From contig JBCLGW010000002.1 of the NCBI GenBank assembly GCA_039740835.1, positions 1-48,294 on the forward strand: 48,294 nt of DNA. Direction: 5' to 3'. This stretch comes from Parcubacteria group bacterium. GTDB taxonomy: Bacteria > Patescibacteriota > Minisyncoccia > Phycocordibacterales > CALRHW01. The notes under the pieces were generated by a model. The model searched no databases. It was not told the origin of the DNA and was given only the letters and a program-made list of their open reading frames with translations. This document shows positions 26,245 to 34,177 of this stretch, in pieces. The position numbers were made by a program, and so were the translations under genes. The stretch's first letter is position 1, and each line of letters begins with the position of its first letter.

Positions 26245-26420
26245 ACGCCTAAACCTCGGCACTTTTTGCCGTAGGCACGGCAACCAAATTCCAAACCACG
26301 ACAGTAAGCTCCTCATGGAGCGCTCATGGTTGGATCTGTAGCCGAAAGGTTATGGGATAGTCCGAAAGGGCTATCACTCGTGGGGAGCTTTCTGTTTCCC
26401 GTCGCGAGCGCCAAAACCCA
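26245..26420 (+). promoter_or_regulatory. candidate structured leader RNA (riboswitch-like) upstream of the Kelch/carboxypeptidase pair
   Basis: GC-rich 175 nt with stacked hairpins: CGGCA-CTTTT-TGCCG; GCTCC-TCAT-GGAGC; TAGCC-GAAA-GGTTA; ATAGTCC-GAAA-GGGCTAT; GGGA-GCTTTCTGT-TCCC. The two GAAA tetraloops point to the plus strand. No Shine-Dalgarno precedes the ATG at 26426. Confidence 0.4.
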
Positions 26421-26425
26421 ACCAC

Positions 26426-27508
26426 ATGACCAAATTTAGATTTTTTTGTTTTGTACTAACGATCGTCATACTCGGCTTGATAGTTTTTGCATATTTATAT
26501 TCCTCGCGTCAGGCGGTTTATTCTTCCGCAAAAACGCACCAAGTTGAGGTGGGTCAGGTAGCGGAATTTCAGCCGCGTCTTTTGTCGTGGTCGCAAGCGA
26601 CATCGTCCGCAGAATGGCAACTGAGAGACTCGGCTGTTGGTTTTGTGTTCCAAAACAAAATGTGGACGATGGGCGGATTAAATGGAAACAAGGAGATTGA
26701 TAGCAACCACACTGTCCACTATTGGGAAGCTCCGCATTTCAACGATATATGGACGAGTGAAAACGGCGCGCATTGGCAATTGGTAAAGGCACATGCGCAG
26801 TGGCCACCCAGACGATCCATGTCCGTTGTTTCGTTTCAAGACAAGTTATGGATGTTTGGTGGGTGGAGTTCGATTACCGGATACACGAGCGATATTTGGC
26901 AATCAGATGACGGTATCACTTGGACAAAAATTGTTTCGAAAGCTCTGTGGCCAGCCAGAGAAGGACAAACAACAGAAATATTTGATGGAAAGATTTGGAT
27001 GATGGGAGGAGTGAATTATGACAGACGAGAAGTGAAAAACGATGTGTGGTATTCGGACGACGGACTTCTTTGGCATCAGGCCACGACAACAATCCCGTGG
27101 AGTCCCAGATGGGATCACGCCACCGCCGTTTTCAACGGAAAGATATTTCTCGTTGGCGGTATGAATTTATCAGACCAAACATTCAAGGATATTTGGTCGT
27201 CGTCTGATGGATTCCATTGGGAATTATTGACTGCTTCGCCACCGTGGCAGGATCGGCAAGGTCATTCTCTTGTCATATTCCATAACAAGCTGTGGATTAT
27301 CGGAAGACTAAACGATAACGAAAGAGGAGGAGTAAACGATATTTGGTATTCCAATGATGGTACAACATGGCAAAAAACGGACGCCAATCCACCATGGGCA
27401 GGACGGGAGGATCATTCCGTTCTCATTTTTGACAATCGAATGTATGTGTTTGGCGGCATGGATGCAAATTGGCAATGGCGGAATGATGTCTGGTTTTCAT
27501 CAAACTAA
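26426..27508 (+). CDS. Kelch-type beta-propeller repeat protein, membrane-anchored
   Basis: Six repeats of about 47 aa of the form (K/N)DxWxSxDGxxW...PW..R..H..vvF..k.W..GG. The N-terminal TM is FFCFVLTIVILGLIVFAYLY. GC-rich. Confidence 0.85.
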   Translation: MTKFRFFCFVLTIVILGLIVFAYLYSSRQAVYSSAKTHQVEVGQVAEFQPRLLSWSQATSSAEWQLRDSAVGFVFQNKMWTMGGLNGNKEIDSNHTVHYWEAPHFNDIWTSENGAHWQLVKAHAQWPPRRSMSVVSFQDKLWMFGGWSSITGYTSDIWQSDDGITWTKIVSKALWPAREGQTTEIFDGKIWMMGGVNYDRREVKNDVWYSDDGLLWHQATTTIPWSPRWDHATAVFNGKIFLVGGMNLSDQTFKDIWSSSDGFHWELLTASPPWQDRQGHSLVIFHNKLWIIGRLNDNERGGVNDIWYSNDGTTWQKTDANPPWAGREDHSVLIFDNRMYVFGGMDANWQWRNDVWFSSN

Positions 27509-27511
27509 AAT

Positions 27512-29320
27512 ATGGATAAATTACCAAATAAAAAATTGCTTGCTCTCAGCGCTTTGTGTATCGGCGGCGTTCTACTTGTATTATTTATTTTATTGCTATC
27601 GAGCAAACTGCCGATTTTGAGTTTCGATAATCACAGTCAGCTTGCCCAAATTATCGCTATTGAAACCGACTTGCTGAAAAAATGGCAAGAAAATGGCTCA
27701 CTTAAAAACAATCTCACATATAATTCGGAGGGCGGCGATGTTCGGCTACTTCAGCGAATGCTCTCGCAGGATGACGCGGCGTATCCAGAGAAAAAAATTA
27801 CCGGATACTACGGAGATTTAACTAAACAAGCAGTGCGGAATTTTCAGAGAGAATACCGTCTTCCAGAGACAGGCACAGTTGATATGGCGACAAGAAAAAA
27901 ACTGAATGAGATATTTTTGTCGCATCTCTGTCCCGAACCCGTCGCCATATATCCGGAATTTATGATGAAAAAAGTTGGAGTAAATTATCGTGTACCGTCG
28001 GATTACGTGCCACCTCTCTTGGTGGATATTTCGGCAAAAGTAAATACGGTTGGTATCGCGTGCCTTCGTAGAGATGTCGTGCCGCGTGTAGTGCAGATGT
28101 TTACTGACGCAAGAAATGACGGTGTAAAATTTATGATTACCTCCAGCTATCGCAAACTGGAAATACAAAAATATCTATACGACTTTTGGATACAAGTCGA
28201 AGGAGATAAGGCGATCAATGAAATCGCGGAACCCGGCCTGTCTGAACATCAGCTGGGAACTACAATTGACATCACTGATTCGTCAATAAATTTTGCGGGT
28301 GTTGATGATAGATTTGCAAACAGCAAAGGCGGAAAGTGGTTACAAGCAAACGCATATAAATATGGCTTCACGATGAGTTTTCCCAAGGGCAAACAAAACA
28401 TAACAGGTTTTACCTATGAGCCATGGCACTGGCGTTTTTTGGGCGTTGAGACGGCCACGCGGTTGTATCAGCAGGATTTGACATACAACGAAACAAACCT
28501 TGCCTCCAATGACTTTCCTATCTTAAAAAACAACGTGGACGGATTGACACTTTCCGCAAATTCATTTATCTCGATTTCTGTTGCGAGCAACGGCAAGGAA
28601 AAAATCCTTATTGAAAAAAATAAAGAGCGACAGCTCCCGATAGCGAGTATTACCAAACTCATGGTCGCTCTAATTGCCTCGGAACAGCACAAGGCAGACG
28701 ATATTATTACCATTTCGGAAGATGCGCTCACAGGCAAAGGAGTATCCGGTGTCTATACAGCAGGCGAGAGTTTTCTATTTTCGGACGCACTGTACCCGTT
28801 ATTACTCGCTTCTCATAACGAGATTGCAAGCACGTTGGCGAAACAAAACGGCACAGCTAATTTTGTTAGTGCGATGAACAAAAAAGCAGTCACGCTCGGT
28901 ATCACAGATACAGTCTATGTAAATCCGACAGGGCTCGATCCAATGGTTGGTAGCGAGACGATAAATCGCTCAACTGCCTTTGATATTTATAAACTAGCAA
29001 GGTACATTTCAGAAAATCGTCCTGATATTTTCTCAATAACTTCCCAAACGCAATACTATCTCATGGATTCCGAAGGAAACTTTATAGCGACCATCGAAAA
29101 TACCAATAAACTTGTTGGACAGCGAGACAATCCGTTCCGCATAACTGGCAGCAAGACGGGAGAAACGCCGCGAGCAAAACAAAACCTTGTCATTGTAGCC
29201 GAGTCGCCATGCGGCGGCAAAATATTTAGCATTGTGCTTGGCTCGCAAAATAGTTTTAAAGATATGCAAAATCTGCTTTGGTATGTACATAATTCATTCG
29301 AGTGGAGCTGTTCTTCTTAG
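27512..29320 (+). CDS. fusion protein: TM anchor, PG-binding domain, VanY/M15B-type zinc D,D-carboxypeptidase, and S11-type serine D-Ala-D-Ala carboxypeptidase
   Basis: PGB: GGDVRLLQRML...GYYGDLTKQAVRNFQREYRL. M15B: SSYR, SEHQLGTTIDI, EPWHWRF. S11: SITK (SxxK), SHN (SxN), KTG. Confidence 0.85.
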   Translation: MDKLPNKKLLALSALCIGGVLLVLFILLLSSKLPILSFDNHSQLAQIIAIETDLLKKWQENGSLKNNLTYNSEGGDVRLLQRMLSQDDAAYPEKKITGYYGDLTKQAVRNFQREYRLPETGTVDMATRKKLNEIFLSHLCPEPVAIYPEFMMKKVGVNYRVPSDYVPPLLVDISAKVNTVGIACLRRDVVPRVVQMFTDARNDGVKFMITSSYRKLEIQKYLYDFWIQVEGDKAINEIAEPGLSEHQLGTTIDITDSSINFAGVDDRFANSKGGKWLQANAYKYGFTMSFPKGKQNITGFTYEPWHWRFLGVETATRLYQQDLTYNETNLASNDFPILKNNVDGLTLSANSFISISVASNGKEKILIEKNKERQLPIASITKLMVALIASEQHKADDIITISEDALTGKGVSGVYTAGESFLFSDALYPLLLASHNEIASTLAKQNGTANFVSAMNKKAVTLGITDTVYVNPTGLDPMVGSETINRSTAFDIYKLARYISENRPDIFSITSQTQYYLMDSEGNFIATIENTNKLVGQRDNPFRITGSKTGETPRAKQNLVIVAESPCGGKIFSIVLGSQNSFKDMQNLLWYVHNSFEWSCSS

Positions 29321-29322
29321 TC

Positions 29323-29426
29323 GCCGAAAAATCCAGTGCAAAATCAAAAAAGTATCCGCCGTGGATTCCTCCCTAAACCCCTCCTCCGCGCGGGAACCCA
29401 ATCCGAATTTCCGCCAAAAAAATTAG
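29323..29426 (+). repeat. inverted-repeat copy B of the ~100-nt element, interrupted at 29426 by the cassette
   Basis: Aligns with the reverse complement of 26098-26195. The equivalent hairpin CCGCCGTGGA(29356-29365)/TCCGCGCGG(29385-29393) keeps pairing through different bases. Homology to copy A resumes at about 33760. Confidence 0.75.
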
Positions 29427-29432
29427 TCTCGG

Positions 29433-29471
29433 TTTTGTGTTTTGTCCACGTGAAGAAGTTGTGGTAGTGTA
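29433..29471 (+). repeat. left terminal inverted repeat
   Basis: TTTTGTGTTTTGTCCACGTGAAGAAGTTGTGGTAGTGTA. Confidence 0.9.
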
Positions 29472-29533
29472 AAGTAGTTAAAAATCTATTATACTCAAAG
29501 TAGGGTTGAGTTATAAATAATTATAAATACTAT

Positions 29534-29956
29534 ATGACTTTAATTCAAAAACTAGCATGGGTTTACGCAGTCCTTTTTGTGCTTGTAACAGTTACAGGAT
29601 ATGTGCCGGCCTTTAATGACGAGAATGGTAATTTATTCGGCTTATTTTCACTTCAATTTTATGACGACCTATTGCATCTTGCGTCCGGTATTTTGGCCGG
29701 AATAGCTGCATGGCTTTCATATCGCGCTTCTGTTTCCTACTTCAAAATTTTTGGTGTTCTGTATGGAATGGATGGTGTTGTAGGGTTACTAACAGGAAGT
29801 GGATACTTGGATCTTGGAATTTTTCTAAACGGCTCATTGGATATAGACTTGTGGACGAGAATTGCAGCTAACACACCTCATATATTGATTGGAGGATTTG
29901 CCACTTATATTGGTTTTGTTTTGAGTAAAAAATTTAATAATCAAACGGGGTTTTAA
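29534..29956 (+). CDS. small 4-TM membrane protein (DUF4383-like, tentative)
   Basis: 140-aa hydrophobic ORF. The family assignment is from memory of that family's look (N-terminal helix, conserved LH..G) and was not verified. Confidence 0.65.
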   Translation: MTLIQKLAWVYAVLFVLVTVTGYVPAFNDENGNLFGLFSLQFYDDLLHLASGILAGIAAWLSYRASVSYFKIFGVLYGMDGVVGLLTGSGYLDLGIFLNGSLDIDLWTRIAANTPHILIGGFATYIGFVLSKKFNNQTGF

Positions 29957-29968
29957 ATTCAAAAAAAT

Positions 29969-31132
29969 TTGAAAAAAATTCTCAACAAAATTCGGCATTC
30001 ACGTATTGCCAAGGTCATCGTCTTGGTAATATTAGTTAGTGTTTTAATTAAATCTTACGAAACCCTGACAAGTCCAAAAGTTGCCTATCCGAAACTTGAT
30101 GTATCTCAAATAAGTAAGTTTGAAGTGGAAAAAGTCAAAATTTCTGAACTACCGAAAGATGCAAAGGATAAAATACATTCTGAATTCCCAATTTATAGTT
30201 CAAGAAAAATAGAACAAACTTATTTAACACTACCAGAATGGTATCAGGTCTATAGTTATAACGAGTTCGGAGATTTCCTGCATGGTGGAGGAAGGCAGTC
30301 TGATTTTCCGTTTTTGAGATCCATAAAGAATTTTTGGAGTTATTATCGTGTTGCCATAGGAGAAAGTAAAGATGAAAAATTTAATTGGCAATACAATTTT
30401 GTTACTTGGGTTATTGGGGCAAACTTAACAATAGAATACTTTATTAAGTCGGTCTACGAAAATACGATAGGAACAATCACACAATTTATTGCAGGAAGCA
30501 GTACTGAGGCAGATAGATTTATCGCTAACTCTTGGAACAACTACGCAAAAAAGATGTATCAGACTACATGGTATCACTATCCTTATTTCGGTGACTTAAA
30601 AGGCATTTGGAAAGATACTTCTATTTTCAATAAACAATTTGTTAGAAATTTTGAAAGAAAAATTGCTTTTTCCATTTCATATTTAATAAAAGGCACTTAC
30701 GCAAAAATTTGGCTCCTAGTAGCAGTTCAAAAAGAGGATCAGACTCTCAGTATCGTGTATGCCGAAAACAGACTCGTGCTAGAAGATAATGGAGTTAAAA
30801 TTTTGAAAGAGTTATCAGATAATAAATATCTTATAGAAACCGAGAGATACGCAGGATTTAAAGAAGCCCTCATACGATTAATAGCTAAAGATGTAAGGTT
30901 TATAGAAATCCAAGGACACAATGTAATTGCACTTTCATATCTCTCAAATAAAAAATCGGAGCCGTTTCTAGACTCTAAAGATGTTGACATTTTAGATAAG
31001 AGAAAATTATTCTTTGAACCGAATAACTATACGCACAGAGTAACTTTGCGAGTTAAAACCCAAACGTTAAAAGAAGTAATTGACACCATAAATTTAAACG
31101 GAAATAAATTCGAAATGATTTATGATTTCTAA
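29969..31132 (+). CDS. hypothetical membrane-anchored protein (387 aa)
   Basis: TTG start. The N-terminal TM is IAKVIVLVILVSVLI. The protein is rich in aromatic residues (W/Y/F). No recognised motif. Confidence 0.6.
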   Translation: MKKILNKIRHSRIAKVIVLVILVSVLIKSYETLTSPKVAYPKLDVSQISKFEVEKVKISELPKDAKDKIHSEFPIYSSRKIEQTYLTLPEWYQVYSYNEFGDFLHGGGRQSDFPFLRSIKNFWSYYRVAIGESKDEKFNWQYNFVTWVIGANLTIEYFIKSVYENTIGTITQFIAGSSTEADRFIANSWNNYAKKMYQTTWYHYPYFGDLKGIWKDTSIFNKQFVRNFERKIAFSISYLIKGTYAKIWLLVAVQKEDQTLSIVYAENRLVLEDNGVKILKELSDNKYLIETERYAGFKEALIRLIAKDVRFIEIQGHNVIALSYLSNKKSEPFLDSKDVDILDKRKLFFEPNNYTHRVTLRVKTQTLKEVIDTINLNGNKFEMIYDF

Positions 31133-32099
31133 ACTTCATGGAAAGCGAAATAAGTTTTTTTATTTTATCCTCGGTTTCGTTGTTTTACTTTTTTCTTGGT
31201 TATGGTTTGTGGATCTATTTCTTGAGAATGATGACGTATATGTGGTAGCTCCACAAAATACTCAATGGGTAGAGCTTGGTAAAAATAAAATCGCCTACCA
31301 GCATTTTCAATCCAATACAAACAAAAATGTAGTTTTAATTGGTGGCACAACCGCATGGAGTGGCGTTTGGAAAAATACAGTAGAAGATTTAAGGAACGAA
31401 TATAATATATACACAATTGACCTGCCACCATTTGGATTTTCTGTTGTTGACAAGGAATATAAATATAATCTATCAAATCAAGCGGATCTAATTAATGAGT
31501 TCTTGGAGAAATTAGACATTAAAGACGTTGTTTTCGTGGCTCATTCATATGGAGCTGGCCCTTCAATGGAAGCAGTTTTAAGAAATCCTGACAATTATAG
31601 AAAGTTTGTTATTATTGATGGAGCAATTCATGTTGACAGAGAAGATAAGAAGACTATCGGGTTCATAAAAAAATTATTTAGCATCCCTACGTTTCGATAT
31701 TTAATTTCAAGTGTTGCGTTACATCTGCCCGGATTTATGGAGGCATCCTTAAAATATCTAGTTTATGACAACAGCAAGGTAGATGATTTTTGGGTAGATA
31801 TTTATAATCAGCCGTTAAGTGTAGAAAATCAAAGCCAGAAAATAGCCAAATGGTTTTATGATTTTGTTTTTGAAAATGGAGTAGGTCTTTCCAGTGAGGG
31901 AGTGAACTATAAAGATCTAAATGTTCCTGTTGCAATAATCTGGGGCAAGGAAGATACATTTACCCCACTCGAGCAGGGTTTATACTTGCAAAAAATTATT
32001 CCCAAAAACGAATTATTTATATTGGATAAAGTGGGGCACATTCCCATGATTGATGACCACGAGCATTATATTAAGGTGTTGAAAATTTTTTTGGAGTAA
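31122..32099 (+). CDS. membrane-anchored alpha/beta-fold hydrolase
   Basis: Overlaps the previous gene by 11 nt. The nucleophile elbow is VAHSYGAG. WGKEDTFTP and the C-terminal GHIPMIDDHE fit the Asp/His positions. Confidence 0.8.
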   Translation: MISKLHGKRNKFFYFILGFVVLLFSWLWFVDLFLENDDVYVVAPQNTQWVELGKNKIAYQHFQSNTNKNVVLIGGTTAWSGVWKNTVEDLRNEYNIYTIDLPPFGFSVVDKEYKYNLSNQADLINEFLEKLDIKDVVFVAHSYGAGPSMEAVLRNPDNYRKFVIIDGAIHVDREDKKTIGFIKKLFSIPTFRYLISSVALHLPGFMEASLKYLVYDNSKVDDFWVDIYNQPLSVENQSQKIAKWFYDFVFENGVGLSSEGVNYKDLNVPVAIIWGKEDTFTPLEQGLYLQKIIPKNELFILDKVGHIPMIDDHEHYIKVLKIFLE

Positions 32100-32105
32100 A
32101 TATAA

Positions 32106-33707
32106 ATGGAAACTTTAAAAAAAATAATTAAAAAGCCATTAGTAATTTCTATAATCGCGGTTGTGATTACGATTTTTGTGCTTGGAAAGAAAATCCAATA
32201 CTACGCCGCCGATCCTGTTGGAGAAAAAGATTGTCTGCCAATTTTCCCAAGTTTTGCTGGCGACCCAATAAAACAAAATAGAATTGAAATGACGAGGTAT
32301 GAGCTTTCTTGGACACAGAAGGGAGGATATATCAACGATGCAAGCTGCCTAAACAAAACTGCCGTGCACGGCATTGTTTCAGTAAAGAACGCAGACGAAA
32401 TTAAAAGCGCTTTGATATTTGCAAAAGATGAAGATTTGAAAGTTTCCATTGCAGGAGTCAAGCATAGTATGGGCGGACACGCATTTTATAAGAACGCTTT
32501 GATTCTGGATATGACAAAGTTTAATCAAATGACTCTTAGTGAAGAAAGTAAAATATTAAACGTTCAGAGCGGTGCAACATGGCACGATATCCAAAACTTC
32601 CTTCATCCAAAATTTGCTGTCAAGGCTATGCAATCAACAGACATTTTTACTGTTGGTGGCTCTATTTCAGTCAATGCTCACGGGATGGATCACCATGCAG
32701 GGGCAGTTGCAAAAACCATTCGCTCCATGCGGGTGATGCTTTTTGATGGTTCGGTTAAAAATGTCAGTCGCACGGAGAATACGGAGCTATTTAACCTTGT
32801 AATCGGCGGCTACGGCCTTTTTGGGATAGTGTTAGATGTTGATTTAGAGATAATGGATAATGTTGTGTATCAATCTGAGCGAAAGATAATTGACTACAAA
32901 GAATTTCCGGATGTATTTAGTGGGGAAATTGCAAATGATGATAGTATCGGACTATTCTACAGTCATCTTTCCACGGCGCCGCAGTCGTTTTTGAAAGAAA
33001 TGATTTTGTACACATATAAAAAAGTTGATGCGCCTGATGCAGAAATTCCTCCGCTTGGCGAGGTGAGTAGTATTAAGTTGCGAAGATTGATTTTTAATCT
33101 TGCCAAGAAAGGATCAATTCCCATGCGATTAAAGTGGTTTGCAGAAAAGTACATTGAACCTATGATTGAAAATTGCCCCGTTTCAAGAAATCAGGCCCTC
33201 ACCGAGGGCGAGGCTTGTTTGGTATCACGAAACGAACCTATGCATGATTCTGTGCCGTATCTTCGCAATAATTTGAAAAATGACACCGACATTTTACATG
33301 AATACTTTATCCCTCGCGATCAGTTTGTTTCGTATGTTGATGGAATGAGAAAAATCATACTCGAAAATGATGTAAATCTTCTCAATGCTTCCGTGCGCAT
33401 AGTGCACAAGGAAAATAACTTTTTGAATTATTCACCCAAAGATGCATTCTCTATTGTTTTATATTTAAATCAGACTACCGACGAGGAGGGTAATAATAAA
33501 ATGCAGAAAGTTACGCAAGAGCTTATTGATTTGACTATTGCGCACGACGGACGATTCTTTTTGCCATATCAACTACACTATACAATAGAACAACTGGAAA
33601 AATCATATCCTGAATTTAGGTCATTCTTGGCAAAGAAAAAGCAGTATGATCCGCAGGAACGATTAACAAGCACATTTTACAAAAAATATTCTGCCGAAAT
33701 TCAATAA
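32106..33707 (+). CDS. membrane-anchored FAD-linked oxidase (PCMH / FAD_binding_4 type)
   Basis: N-terminal TM. An FAD-binding PCMH-like core (VSIAGVKHSMGGH...VQSGATWHDIQ...VGGSISVNAHG) and a C-terminal substrate domain ending HDGRFFLPYQLHYT. Confidence 0.75.
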   Translation: METLKKIIKKPLVISIIAVVITIFVLGKKIQYYAADPVGEKDCLPIFPSFAGDPIKQNRIEMTRYELSWTQKGGYINDASCLNKTAVHGIVSVKNADEIKSALIFAKDEDLKVSIAGVKHSMGGHAFYKNALILDMTKFNQMTLSEESKILNVQSGATWHDIQNFLHPKFAVKAMQSTDIFTVGGSISVNAHGMDHHAGAVAKTIRSMRVMLFDGSVKNVSRTENTELFNLVIGGYGLFGIVLDVDLEIMDNVVYQSERKIIDYKEFPDVFSGEIANDDSIGLFYSHLSTAPQSFLKEMILYTYKKVDAPDAEIPPLGEVSSIKLRRLIFNLAKKGSIPMRLKWFAEKYIEPMIENCPVSRNQALTEGEACLVSRNEPMHDSVPYLRNNLKNDTDILHEYFIPRDQFVSYVDGMRKIILENDVNLLNASVRIVHKENNFLNYSPKDAFSIVLYLNQTTDEEGNNKMQKVTQELIDLTIAHDGRFFLPYQLHYTIEQLEKSYPEFRSFLAKKKQYDPQERLTSTFYKKYSAEIQ

Positions 33708-33709
33708 TC

Positions 33710-33748
33710 TACACTACCACAACTTCTTCACGTGGACAAAACACAAAA
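33710..33748 (-). repeat. right terminal inverted repeat
   Basis: Exact reverse complement of 29433-29471. Confidence 0.9.
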
Positions 33749-33906
33749 ACAAAAATTAGCCGAGATTTCGCAAAACCGAGTCCATATTTGTATTGTGTTC
33801 CCCCCCACTTTCCATTTTGGAAAGCTCTTTACTTCGCATAGAGGCGCGTAGCGTGTGGGGAAACGCTAGCTCTTCATTTTTTCTTGGAAATAAGTTCGAG
33901 CAAATG

Positions 33907-34131
33907 CTACAATGACACCACCACAATGTGTGAATAACCACTCAAATTTTGGGTGGTTATTTCATTATTAATCTGAAAAATACAGCCTAATTTTGTGGTT
34001 CGAAAACCATTTTTCAGATCATAAACAATTCCTTCTGGGAAAACACGCTTTTGGAACCGAACACGAAGTTGCGGAGAACAATCAAACCATTGTCTCGCAA
34101 TATTCTTTATAAAGTGTTCAGCATAAGTCAA
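33907..34131 (-). pseudogene. remnant of a recombinase-like gene (C-terminal fragment only)
   Basis: There is an in-frame TAG just upstream and no ATG. The fragment ...RVRFQKRVFPEGIVYDLKNGFRTTKLGCIFQ resembles, from memory, the C-terminal region of serine-recombinase-family proteins. The catalytic N-terminal part is absent. Confidence 0.4.
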
Positions 34132-34177
34132 AGGGGTCAGGTATTTTTTCCCCTATAAAATATGTTACGATTTTATC

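Larger units (their letters stand above)
29427..33750. mobile_element. putative non-autonomous, cargo-carrying mobile cassette (four genes, no transposase)
   Basis: Perfect 39-bp inverted repeats at 29433-29471 and 33710-33748. The 9-bp direct repeat AAAAATTAG lies just outside both ends (29418-29426 and 33751-33759). Joining the flanks reconstitutes a sequence collinear with repeat copy A. Confidence 0.55.

Noticed and set aside
33934-33960. AT-rich hairpin ATAACCAC…GTGGTTAT, a possible terminator for the cassette operon
   Set aside because: It is a weak 8-bp AT-rich stem more than 220 nt beyond the last stop codon and lies inside the recombinase-like remnant. Evidence is insufficient.
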